A stretch of 63,844 bases of DNA from contig JBJEXC010000011.1 in assembly GCA_051885355.1 (NCBI GenBank), forward strand, positions 1 through 63,844, given 5' to 3'. Below the pieces are notes generated by a model. It was not told the origin of the DNA and made no database searches. It saw only the letters and a program-made list of their open reading frames with translations. Of the stretch, positions 43,572 through 53,181 are shown in pieces. The translations under genes were made by a program, and so were the position numbers. Every line of letters starts with the position of its first letter. Position 1 is the stretch's first letter. The DNA is from Alphaproteobacteria bacterium. Its GTDB lineage: Bacteria > Pseudomonadota > Alphaproteobacteria > Rs-D84 > CACZYB01.

Positions 43572-44840
43572 TTACTTATCATTTGAATTTACTAACATTT
43601 CTAAATTTACAACACTGTGTTCCACATCATTATTTAAATTACTAATAGCCTTATCAAACATATTATCCTTTTCAGTAGTTTTCATTACCTCATTAAATTC
43701 CTCTTGAAAATTTTGTTGGAACTGTTGTTTCAATTCATCAGGTAAAAAGAAATACTCATGCCCCTTTAACCATTTTTTAACTTGCTTATTAAATGCTTCA
43801 CATAATTTTGGCATACCTGTTTTTTCTTCATCAGAAGATTTAATATAATTTTCCCAAATTTTTACAATAGATTCAAATGCTTCTTTTTCATTTTCATCTA
43901 TCCCCATTCTACTCTTTATACTTTTCTTCAATTCATCAAAATTATTAGGAAAATTACCTCTGTTTGAAATATACAATTTTATATTAGGGTATTTTTTATC
44001 GACCTTTCTAACTTCAATATTTGGAAGACTATAATTACCTTCTGTAATAACATCTTTTTCTTCTTTAAGAGGAAGTCTATATTCTTTTATAAATCCACTA
44101 ATTTCCTCCAAATTTTCTCTTAAATTTCTTCGCCAAATATTTTCAAGTGTATCCTTTTTTCCACCACCAGCAATAGTTTTATCAGAAATATTTACAATAG
44201 CAGTTGTCTTAAAATATTTAGGATAGTTTTCCAAAGACAATGCAGGAGATGAAATAAAAACTTTTGGTAAAGATAATAAATGTTCAATTTGTTTTTCATT
44301 AAATTTAGTTTGCTTTAATTTTTCTTTAAGCAAATGTTCCAGTTGTGATACAACAACAGTCCCAAAACAATGTCCCCGTAAAAATAATTTATTTAAATTT
44401 TTTGCTACCACATAATAATCATCACTTAGTAAAGGAGAAATCGTTTTATTGAAAATATCTTTCACAGGATTACAAACATCCTCAACATTTTCAATATTAT
44501 CCATATTATTATACTTATGAATTAAAACATCTGCCTTATTTTCATATACAGCGGTAAAAAACTTTGCATTAACAGAAGATACAGAAATCATCTGTTTTGT
44601 TTTTTCTGTTGCATTCTTCGCATCACGCATACATTTTTCTTCACCCGTATGACTTATTGCCATACCAGAACCAGGAAAATTAAGAACAATAATTTCATTA
44701 CTATTTGAAGTTATTTTATCAACTTTTTCACCATTTAAACCAACAAAGAAAGTATTACCAATCCAATCTTTTTCCCCATCTTCATTTGTCTCTATCTCCA
44801 AAGCAGATGGCTCTCTTACCTCATATTCAAATCCAGTCAT
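43572..44840 (-). CDS. Hypothetical protein with alpha/beta-hydrolase-like GHCFG nucleophile elbow
   Basis: VLNFPGSG (oxyanion-hole-like) and LFLRGHCFGTVVV (G-x-Cys-x-G). 422 aa. Confidence 0.5.
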   Translation of the reverse strand: MTGFEYEVREPSALEIETNEDGEKDWIGNTFFVGLNGEKVDKITSNSNEIIVLNFPGSGMAISHTGEEKCMRDAKNATEKTKQMISVSSVNAKFFTAVYENKADVLIHKYNNMDNIENVEDVCNPVKDIFNKTISPLLSDDYYVVAKNLNKLFLRGHCFGTVVVSQLEHLLKEKLKQTKFNEKQIEHLLSLPKVFISSPALSLENYPKYFKTTAIVNISDKTIAGGGKKDTLENIWRRNLRENLEEISGFIKEYRLPLKEEKDVITEGNYSLPNIEVRKVDKKYPNIKLYISNRGNFPNNFDELKKSIKSRMGIDENEKEAFESIVKIWENYIKSSDEEKTGMPKLCEAFNKQVKKWLKGHEYFFLPDELKQQFQQNFQEEFNEVMKTTEKDNMFDKAISNLNNDVEHSVVNLEMLVNSNDK

Positions 44841-44896
44841 TAAATCCTACCTCATTATATTTAAAGAAAAAATATTTTTATCAAAAAAAGAGGGTA

Positions 44897-46354
44897 TTAT
44901 CTACCCTCATCACCTCTAGTTATCGATAATCCTTTTGAAGATTTCTTACTTTTAACTTCAAGTTTTATACTTCCTTCATCAAACATTGATTTTTTATGCA
45001 TAACTTTATTAAAGGCAATATTTTCTTCTTTACTTGCTACTTTCAAATCAATATTTTCATTGAAACCAATATAATTAACAGCATGTTTTTTTAACTCCAA
45101 AATTTCATCTTTATATTTTAGAAGAACAGACTTTAGATTTGCTTTATTTGATAATGCTATTTCTTTAACTATATTCATAGAAAGCTCCAGAGGAACAAAC
45201 TTATCATCATTCCAATTTTTAAAAACAACTTTTGGTGGATATTTTTTATAATCTTCATCTCTAATTTTTTTATATTTATCAACAGTTTGTTTTACAAAAG
45301 AATCATCTTTATCAAAACCACAATGATTTAAGATATTTTCTCTTTCTTCAGGATGATTTTTATAAATATAAGTATAAAGTCCATCAAAATATTCTGCTTT
45401 TTTCTTAGTATAAATTTCTTTATCTATATTAGAAAAAAGAGCTCTGTTAATTTTTATTAATATTTTATAATACTCATTGCTATCTATACCTTTATTTTTA
45501 TTAGCCTGTTTATCAAAAGCCTTATATTCAAGAGTTTCATCATATCCATATTTAAAAGTTTGGTCATAGTAACCTTTAATTCTATCTCTATATAAATCAG
45601 CAGATAAATATCCTTCTTTAATTAAAGGTCTTTCTTTCAATTTTTCATGCAACTCATAGTATGTGTGTATAAATTCTTTTGGAAGACCAATATCCATAGA
45701 TCCAAAATTACGAATATTAAGGAAGAATTGTTCAGGTGGAGTTTTCTTAGCCTCCTCAAAAAGGTGAATATTTCTTCTCATATTTTTTATACGCTTTTTG
45801 CGTATCGTACTAATTAATTTGTCTTTACGCAATGCTTCAAACTTTCCTTTATCGTCATTTAAATCTACAAAAAGTTTTGAACATTTCTTTATCAAAGGCA
45901 AAATAGTATCATTATAATATTTATTATCTTTAGCAACTATAGCATCAAAATTTTTTTTACGACTATTTATATAATTTGAACGCATATATTTTAAATGATT
46001 TTTATTAACAACTACCCCACCTTTAAAATCACTTGGAATATATTTACTTAACTTATCACTGAAAGAAGTTATTGGAGATATCATATAGTAGGATTTTCCT
46101 GCCAACATATCCATTTCTTTTATATCTTCTATTACATCTTCTTTAAATAATTCATCATATTGTTCTAAAATATCAAAATCATCTTCAATATAAAAACCAT
46201 CATCATAATTATTAAATGATAAATCCTCCTCAGGATAATCATAATATACGGTTAAACCTCTATCTATTTCTTCTTTTACTTCTTCAGGTATTGGGGTATT
46301 ATTTGCCTGTTTTATTATTCTGTTAATTTTCTTTTTAATATCTTTTTCACTCAT
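44897..46354 (-). CDS. Hypothetical protein (485 aa)
   Basis: Long ORF with an AAGGAG Shine-Dalgarno and no motif recognised. It is the first gene of an apparent two-gene unit. Confidence 0.55.
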   Translation of the reverse strand: MSEKDIKKKINRIIKQANNTPIPEEVKEEIDRGLTVYYDYPEEDLSFNNYDDGFYIEDDFDILEQYDELFKEDVIEDIKEMDMLAGKSYYMISPITSFSDKLSKYIPSDFKGGVVVNKNHLKYMRSNYINSRKKNFDAIVAKDNKYYNDTILPLIKKCSKLFVDLNDDKGKFEALRKDKLISTIRKKRIKNMRRNIHLFEEAKKTPPEQFFLNIRNFGSMDIGLPKEFIHTYYELHEKLKERPLIKEGYLSADLYRDRIKGYYDQTFKYGYDETLEYKAFDKQANKNKGIDSNEYYKILIKINRALFSNIDKEIYTKKKAEYFDGLYTYIYKNHPEERENILNHCGFDKDDSFVKQTVDKYKKIRDEDYKKYPPKVVFKNWNDDKFVPLELSMNIVKEIALSNKANLKSVLLKYKDEILELKKHAVNYIGFNENIDLKVASKEENIAFNKVMHKKSMFDEGSIKLEVKSKKSSKGLSITRGDEGR

Positions 46355-46385
46355 AATTTTTCTCCTTTTTGTTAGACATAATTCT

Positions 46386-46412
46386 ATTTTACCCCCCCCC
46401 AGATTTTGTCAA
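46386..46412 (-). promoter_or_regulatory. Sigma70-type promoter TTGACA-N15-TAAAAT whose spacer contains a G9 tract
   Basis: Minus strand reads cTTGACAaaatctGGGGGGGGGTAAAATagaatta. It lies about 32-58 nt upstream of the ATG at 46354. Confidence 0.6.
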
Positions 46413-46723
46413 GAAAAAAAGATATAAATTCTTATACCCTCTAAAAAAACTAAATAACAACCTTCTGCATAAATTCAAGAAAAATTAGAATCTCCCCTTT
46501 AAAGCAAAAAAAAATCCCCCATACAGAAGGATTTTTCAAACTTTAGTAGGTGTTAGTAAACTATTCACTAACTTTTCTATAACTCCTACCAACCTATTGA
46601 TTTCCTCCAATTTATTCCATTTTTAGAATTTTCGCTTAGTGTTGTATGGTGGGGGATGAAAAATGTTATATTTTATGTTTTTTAATTTACCATCAAAAAA
46701 AACTATTGACTTTTAAAACAAAA

Positions 46724-46761
46724 TGTCGTATATTGACACTATATTTTGTCGTATATTGACA
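46724..46761 (+). promoter_or_regulatory. Two copies of palindromic TGTCGTATATTGACA (putative AbiEi operators)
   Basis: Copies at 46724-46738 and 46747-46761, 23 bp centre to centre, ending 13 nt upstream of the abiEi ATG. Confidence 0.6.
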
Positions 46762-46773
46762 TAAGGTAATAAT

Positions 46774-47229
46774 ATGAAAAAACAGACTTTAATTAATACT
46801 ATTAAATTAAAAATAAATAAAAGTAGAAAAAATACTTTCTTACTTAAGGATTTTAATAACCTTATTGAAAAATACGATTATGATCAAGTTTTACGTGGCT
46901 TAAGAGGATTAGTTAAAGACGGTTTTCTTATTAAAATATCAAGGGGCATTTATGCAAAAACAAAAATTTTAAGTGACGGTTCAATATTACTTAATAAAGG
47001 AATAAATGAACTTGCAACTGAGGCTTTAAATAATCTTGGTATTAAAACTGGTCCTTCAAGTTATTCAATACAATACATAAATGGAGATACAACTCAAGTG
47101 CCAACTGGACGAGTAATTGCTGTTAATAAAAGGGTTAGAAGAAAAATCGGGTATAATGGCAATTACATAAAGTTTGAAAAAATAAATAAAACATATCTTA
47201 ACAATTTATATAATAATCAAAATAGGTAA
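46774..47229 (+). CDS. abiEi: AbiEi-family antitoxin/transcriptional regulator
   Basis: LRGLRGLVKDGFLIKISRGIYAK is the AbiEi winged-helix signature. It lies directly upstream of an AbiEii-type gene. Confidence 0.8.
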   Translation: MKKQTLINTIKLKINKSRKNTFLLKDFNNLIEKYDYDQVLRGLRGLVKDGFLIKISRGIYAKTKILSDGSILLNKGINELATEALNNLGIKTGPSSYSIQYINGDTTQVPTGRVIAVNKRVRRKIGYNGNYIKFEKINKTYLNNLYNNQNR

Positions 47230-47234
47230 ACAAA

Positions 47235-48131
47235 ATGCTTCCACAAAATGAAATATTTGAAAAAATTGCACAAGATAAAGGTTGTAATATTGCATTTCCA
47301 ATAAAAGAAAACTTCCTTTTACAAGTAATAAAACAGTTTGTAGAAAATCTTGAATTACCAAATGGGTATAAATTTATTTTTGGTGGTGGAACAAGTCTTG
47401 TCTGTGCTTATGATGAACTTACAAAACGTTTTAGTGAAGATGCTGATTTCCGTATCGTACCAAAACCTAAACATACGGAAGATATAAGAAATCAACTTAA
47501 ACAAATTGCAGATAATTTAAAGGGATTTAAGTTATCAAATCGTAAAGATGATAGAAACATGATTACATTTTCATTTGAGGCTACAGATTTTAATATTCCT
47601 TCACATGAAGCAATTAAACCAGATATTAAAATGGAAGTATTTTTCACAAATAATTTATTTTATGAACCAAAAGAAAAAGAACTTATATCCTTTTATAATA
47701 AGTATGCAGGATTACCTTCTGAAACTAAAGTATTGTGTGTTTCTCTTGAAGATACAACTATTGATAAAATAAGCACATTACTATGGAGAATTGCATCAAA
47801 CAAAACTGAAACTCCTAAATATAATAAACCTGATATAAGACATTTGCATGATTTAGCTTATTTATATCCTAAGTTAAATATTGATGATAAATTCAAAAGT
47901 TATGTTTTACAAGTTGTAAATCAAGATATAAAGGAAAGATTAAAAAGTGATAAAACTTTCAATGAAGTTGTAAATGAAGTTTTATTAGAGTTAAAAACAA
48001 ATAAAACATATAAAAATGACTTTAAAACATATGTTGAAAATATGTCTTATGAAAAAACAGATAACCAATTAACTTTTGAAAAAGTATTAGAAAGTTTTGA
48101 GAAATTGATTTCGAAAATAGTTAGTATTTAA
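47235..48131 (+). CDS. abiEii: AbiEii/AbiGii-family nucleotidyltransferase toxin (DUF1814)
   Basis: FGGGTSLVCAY...RFSEDADF nucleotidyltransferase motif. 298 aa. Confidence 0.85.
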   Translation: MLPQNEIFEKIAQDKGCNIAFPIKENFLLQVIKQFVENLELPNGYKFIFGGGTSLVCAYDELTKRFSEDADFRIVPKPKHTEDIRNQLKQIADNLKGFKLSNRKDDRNMITFSFEATDFNIPSHEAIKPDIKMEVFFTNNLFYEPKEKELISFYNKYAGLPSETKVLCVSLEDTTIDKISTLLWRIASNKTETPKYNKPDIRHLHDLAYLYPKLNIDDKFKSYVLQVVNQDIKERLKSDKTFNEVVNEVLLELKTNKTYKNDFKTYVENMSYEKTDNQLTFEKVLESFEKLISKIVSI

Positions 48132-48139
48132 TAAAAATA

Positions 48140-48967
48140 TCAATTGTCATTATACCCCAAACCATTTCTAGTACATAAAGTGTCTTTCCACCATTGTTCT
48201 CTATCTATAATAATTTTATCACTTACTTTAGAATTAAATATATCTAATATTGAATACTGAAAATTTTTCTTTATATAATCAAATCCTTTTTCATTTACAA
48301 TTTTTTTTAAGATTTTATTTCCTCCATGCCCATTATCGACATAATTTTTCCATCTTCCAAGTAACGCTTCATTTCCATATGCAGATCCCACATATAATTT
48401 ACCATTATTTTTATCTGTTATTAAATATACCGCTTTTTGATTTTTAAAAGCATTTATCCAATCTATCTTATTTTTCTCCAATATATTTTTTAATTCAATA
48501 TATGATAAACACACATTATCATAACCTTTAAATTCTTTTCCATCATAAGGAGTTGGCAAAATATTAGTTACAATAAGTTTGTCTAAACAGTTATTTGCAG
48601 TAAGACATTGTTGTTGACTCGTTTTATGAAAATTTATAATAATTCTTCCAAAAAATGGTTTATATTCATCTAATTCAGTCCCCTCAAAAGAAATTCCATT
48701 TTTAATCTTTAAATCTTTTGTAACCTTTTTTATTGTTGTTAATAAATGTGTATCTGCATTTAATTCTAATAAAGATATGGCAATTTGTCCCTCTTTAAAA
48801 TTAGCATTATAAGTTCTTCCAAACAAATAATTTATATTAACTATATCTGGATTTTCCACATACTTATCTACTATGTCTTTTTCTGAATAATAATTATTAA
48901 ATTTTATTTTAGTAATATTAACCTGATCTTTAGTCAAATGAAGTATATCATTAAGTTTTATATCCAT
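48140..48967 (-). CDS. GIY-YIG nuclease-domain protein with about 170-aa N-terminal domain of unknown function
   Basis: KAVYLITDKNNGKLYVGSAYG...LLGRWKNY... is a GIY-YIG core. Confidence 0.75.
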   Translation of the reverse strand: MDIKLNDILHLTKDQVNITKIKFNNYYSEKDIVDKYVENPDIVNINYLFGRTYNANFKEGQIAISLLELNADTHLLTTIKKVTKDLKIKNGISFEGTELDEYKPFFGRIIINFHKTSQQQCLTANNCLDKLIVTNILPTPYDGKEFKGYDNVCLSYIELKNILEKNKIDWINAFKNQKAVYLITDKNNGKLYVGSAYGNEALLGRWKNYVDNGHGGNKILKKIVNEKGFDYIKKNFQYSILDIFNSKVSDKIIIDREQWWKDTLCTRNGLGYNDN

Positions 48968-49293
48968 TTTCTTTCCTATATGTTTAATATATTTTAAGTA
49001 TCAATACACATTACTAAATATAATAATATAACTAAAAGAATAAAATCACAACTATTTCTTCAGCATATTTATAATTTTAAAATAAACAAACATAGAATAT
49101 TCAAAATTTAACCATAAATAATTATAGAAACTTCATTTTTACATTCCTATAAATGTAATTTCTAACATTTTTAGGTTCCAATAAATGTAATTTTTTTTAC
49201 ATTTTAGTTTGATACAATATATTTTTTATGAAAAATAACAAAACTGTCCTTTATATATATAATAATAACTACTTCAAAATAAGTTAAAGATAC

Positions 49294-50643
49294 TTAATTT
49301 TCAAGCCTCATTAACCAATTAAGAACATTTTGACGCTTTATTCCATTTATATCTTCACTACCAATATCCATTGACAATATATATTTTTTATAGTTATCAT
49401 TTATTTCTTTTAATGGGCGAAGTTCTCTATTCAATGTATCTGTAGATTCATTAACATAATATGCAACTTGATAATATTCTACAATATTATCTTTTTTAGC
49501 TACAAAATCAACTTCTATTGAAACTCGTTCTGTTTTACCTTCTTTATTCTTTATATACTTAGATATTTGACCAAAGGAAACTTTATAACCTCTTCTTAAT
49601 AATTCTAAATATACAAGGTTCTCCAGCATATGACCTTTATCTTCAGTATACTTTCTGTTAGCAAGTAAAGTATTTCTTAAACCTATATCAACAACAAAAT
49701 ATTTTGAATTACCATTTAATATTTGCTTTCCTTTTATGTTATATCTTTTACATTCATATAATAAGTAACTATCCAATAAACCTTTTATATATTTTGATAT
49801 ATCTGGAACAGATATTTTTATTCCCGTATTTTTAAGAGCATTTGCTATTCCTCTTAAAGATGTTTCACTTCCTATATTATTGAATATATATAAAATTACA
49901 TTCTCTAAATTTTTAGAATTTTTTATATTAAATCTTTTTATTATATCCTTTTGTAAAGTATTGTTATAAACAACATCTCTAAGGTAATCTTCTATCATCT
50001 GTCTATCCCAAGATAAATTAACAGTTTGAGGAAAACCACTATTTTGAATATATTTTAAATATATGTCATTTATACTATCTTTAGTTAATACTTCTTGTTT
50101 TGATTTACCATTGTTTTCATTTGTCAAAAGATAAGCTCCATAGTATTCAGCAAATGAATAAGGTTGCATTTTTATTTCAACATATCTACCCCCAAAGAAA
50201 TTAGAAAGATCACTTGAGAACATATATGCATTTGAACCAGTTAGATATACATCAACATTATCTTGCAAACGTAAAGTATTTGCTACCTGTTGCCAATTAT
50301 TAAGAAGTTGTATTTCATCTATAAATACATAATTCATTTTATTTGGTTGAATTTTACTCATAATAAAATTAAGCAATGTTTCAAAACTATCCAAGAAACC
50401 ATCCTTATTCAAAGACAATCCTATTTCTTGAACTTTTAGTTGGTCTTCAAGGTTTATACTTATTATTTGGTCTTTTGTTATCTTCTTTTCTTCTAATAAT
50501 TTGTTTTGAAATATTTCCAAAAGTTTGGACTTACCGCAACGTCTTACACCTGTGATTATTTTCACTAAATCAGGTGAATTACTCCATTTCTCTAGTTTTT
50601 GGATATATTCATTCCTGTAAAATAAATTTTTATCGTAAGGCAT
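49294..50643 (-). CDS. AAA-type ATPase (AAA_14 + DUF4143 architecture)
   Basis: P-loop GVRRCGKSKLL, Walker B VFIDEIQ and a C-terminal DUF4143-like region. Start at MPYDKN. Confidence 0.8.
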   Translation of the reverse strand: MPYDKNLFYRNEYIQKLEKWSNSPDLVKIITGVRRCGKSKLLEIFQNKLLEEKKITKDQIISINLEDQLKVQEIGLSLNKDGFLDSFETLLNFIMSKIQPNKMNYVFIDEIQLLNNWQQVANTLRLQDNVDVYLTGSNAYMFSSDLSNFFGGRYVEIKMQPYSFAEYYGAYLLTNENNGKSKQEVLTKDSINDIYLKYIQNSGFPQTVNLSWDRQMIEDYLRDVVYNNTLQKDIIKRFNIKNSKNLENVILYIFNNIGSETSLRGIANALKNTGIKISVPDISKYIKGLLDSYLLYECKRYNIKGKQILNGNSKYFVVDIGLRNTLLANRKYTEDKGHMLENLVYLELLRRGYKVSFGQISKYIKNKEGKTERVSIEVDFVAKKDNIVEYYQVAYYVNESTDTLNRELRPLKEINDNYKKYILSMDIGSEDINGIKRQNVLNWLMRLEN

Positions 50644-50883
50644 TTTAACCTCCATAATGCTTTTCCCTTTAATTATATTACGATTTTGTGTAAAGTCAAT
50701 ATTTTATTTGAAATTTCTAAACAATTTTATGTATATACACACTTTTGTTTAAAAAATTTATAATAATTTTAAAATAACAGATAATATTTCTTATACCACA
50801 TTTTCTCTTAAAAGTCAAGAACAAAATACAAACATTATTTTCCCCTTGCCTTATATAATCGGAGTTAGTATAATTTTCCCATT

Positions 50884-52563
50884 ATGAAAAAGGTATTTTT
50901 AGTTATTTTTGTATTTTGTGCGAGGGTGGTATTTTCGCAAACTCCTGAGCAGATTCAACGTTCACAACAGCAATTAATTGATGCAGGATTTAAGAGGCAG
51001 GAGTTAGAGCGTGCGATCAGCAAACCGTCCACTCAACAACCACAACAAAGTGAGGAAACTGCACCTCAAAAATCATCGCATTGCGTTCAAATCAACAGCA
51101 TTGAATTTGATGGAAATACAAAACTTTCCACCCACAAAATCAACAAACTTTCAAAACCTTTTCTTAATAAATGCCTGACGGTGGAGGAGATAAACAAACT
51201 TCTTAACACTATCACAAACGCCTATATTGACAAGGGTTTTATCACAAGCGGGGCTTACCTTAAAACTCCGCAAACCAAAACCAAAGACGGCATTTTGCAA
51301 ATCAAAATCATAGAGGGGACTATTGAAAAAATTAATGGGTTAAAGGAGGCGGAACGCATCTCCGCATTTCCAAATTTGCTTGGTAAAATTCTAAATCTTC
51401 GTGATATAGAGCAAGGGCTTGACCAGATGAATCGCCTTTCTTCCAACCACGCAACTATGGAAATAACCGCATCCGAAAATGCAAACGGAGCAAGCCAAAT
51501 CGTGATTAAAAACACCCCTGAAAGTCGCGTTTCCTATAACACTTACACCGACAATCTCGGCTCCAAATCCACGGGTCAATACAGGGCTGGTGTCAACTTC
51601 GGCATTGACAATATGTTGGGCGTCAACGACCAATTAAACATAGGCTACACAAACTCACTTACCGAACATTACGGTGATAAAAATTCACACTCCGCAAGCA
51701 TAGGTTTTTCTGTGCCATTCGGGTATTGGACCTTCACAAACAACACCTCCTACTCCTACTATAAAACCAATGTAAAACTTCCGATAAGCAGGGAAAAATT
51801 ATACTCCTTCGGCGACAGCTGGACTGACAATTTTTCCGTGGAACGTTTGCTTGCCAGAGGGCAAAAGTATAAGGTTTCCGCATTGGTCGGATTATCATAC
51901 AAGGAAAACGATAACTACACAAAGGTCCTTGACATACTCACAAAAAACGAGGTATCAAGCAGGCATCTTTCAAACATAGAATACGCCTTGCCAACGACAA
52001 TTTATTTTGACCGAGGCGTCATATTCGCAAAGCCATCTTTTGTGAACAGAGTAAAACTTTTCGGGAGTTTAGAGGACGATGGAACCTTCCAACAAAAGGC
52101 TCAATTTGAGGCATACAAACTTTACCTTTACACAGGTTTCAATTTTGGTTTTGTGAATTTGGCAACCACCTTTGACGGTCAATACAGCCCTGATGAACTT
52201 TTCTCCTCCGACGGATTTTATATTGGAAGTGAAGCATCGGTCAGAGGTTTTGCTAACGAAGGTTTAACCGGGGACAGTGGCTTTTACATAAGGAACGATT
52301 TGAAGTTTAATTTGGCGGATATTTTTAAAAGTCAGAATGTGTTTTTGAGAGATTTTAGCCCAAGCATTTTCTTTGATTACGGTTTTGTAAAAACCAATAA
52401 CGATGATGAAAAATCGGAGCTTTCAAGTATGGGTGCAAAAATAAATTACAGATATAAGATAGTGGATTTTTCCACCACCTACGCCCACCCGTTGAAAAAA
52501 GAAACTGAAATGTCCGGCACCCCCGAAACCTACTTCACGATTTCAATCAATGGAAGGTTTTAG
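50884..52563 (+). CDS. ShlB/FhaC/HecB-family two-partner-secretion outer-membrane transporter (TpsB)
   Basis: Signal peptide, POTRA-type region (VQINSIEFDGNTKLS...ITNAYIDKGFITSGAYL...ILQIKIIEGTIEKI), a beta-barrel-type C-terminal half and a terminal F. Confidence 0.9.
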   Translation: MKKVFLVIFVFCARVVFSQTPEQIQRSQQQLIDAGFKRQELERAISKPSTQQPQQSEETAPQKSSHCVQINSIEFDGNTKLSTHKINKLSKPFLNKCLTVEEINKLLNTITNAYIDKGFITSGAYLKTPQTKTKDGILQIKIIEGTIEKINGLKEAERISAFPNLLGKILNLRDIEQGLDQMNRLSSNHATMEITASENANGASQIVIKNTPESRVSYNTYTDNLGSKSTGQYRAGVNFGIDNMLGVNDQLNIGYTNSLTEHYGDKNSHSASIGFSVPFGYWTFTNNTSYSYYKTNVKLPISREKLYSFGDSWTDNFSVERLLARGQKYKVSALVGLSYKENDNYTKVLDILTKNEVSSRHLSNIEYALPTTIYFDRGVIFAKPSFVNRVKLFGSLEDDGTFQQKAQFEAYKLYLYTGFNFGFVNLATTFDGQYSPDELFSSDGFYIGSEASVRGFANEGLTGDSGFYIRNDLKFNLADIFKSQNVFLRDFSPSIFFDYGFVKTNNDDEKSELSSMGAKINYRYKIVDFSTTYAHPLKKETEMSGTPETYFTISINGRF

Positions 52564-52565
52564 AA

Positions 52566-52627
52566 GCATTTACACTTGATGTGAAAGTGAAGAGGAGGAT
52601 AAGGATATAGGTGAGGATGTTAGTCAT
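52566..52627 (-). pseudogene. Stand-alone remnant of the cassette leader (MTNILTYILILLFTFTSSVNAS), no toxin body
   Basis: A sixth copy of the conserved leader block. Homology stops 3-7 nt from the tpsB stop codon. Confidence 0.7.
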
Positions 52628-52637
52628 TTTTCTATTC

Positions 52638-53132
52638 TTACAATTTAAAAATAATATAACTTTCATTATATACGAATATTTTTTCTAATATCATATCAAT
52701 ATTATTGATATTTATTTTTACTAAAAATTCTTTTATAAAACACAGAGCATCAAATTCATTTAATTTATATTTAATTCTACAATCTTTAACAACATCACAC
52801 AGATTTATTGAACGGATTTTTAATTCTTCCTCTAATAATTCAATTAAATCTCTTTCATTCAAATCATTATAAACAAAATGTAAATGATTAAAATTACATA
52901 AAGATAAATCTATATTTTTCCACAATTTTTGTAAAAAAATATCTCTAGGGATAATAAATTCTTTACCATTTTCCTGAGTTATTATATCCAGTAAAAGTTC
53001 TCTAAAATTTATTGAATATTTAAAATTCACATACTTTCCCTGATGAAAATATATTTCATTTGCCATAGTCAAAATTTCTTGTTTTTCATTTAACAATTTA
53101 ATAAACTGCAAAATAATTTCATTTTCTGTCAT
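52638..53132 (-). CDS. Immunity-like small protein (164 aa)
   Basis: Second small ORF after toxin ORF 53586-54596. AAGGAAA Shine-Dalgarno; no motif recognised. Confidence 0.5.
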   Translation of the reverse strand: MTENEIILQFIKLLNEKQEILTMANEIYFHQGKYVNFKYSINFRELLLDIITQENGKEFIIPRDIFLQKLWKNIDLSLCNFNHLHFVYNDLNERDLIELLEEELKIRSINLCDVVKDCRIKYKLNEFDALCFIKEFLVKININNIDMILEKIFVYNESYIIFKL

Positions 53133-53181
53133 ATTTTATTTCCTTACTTATATCCACTATTTCTACTTACTACAAAATTAA

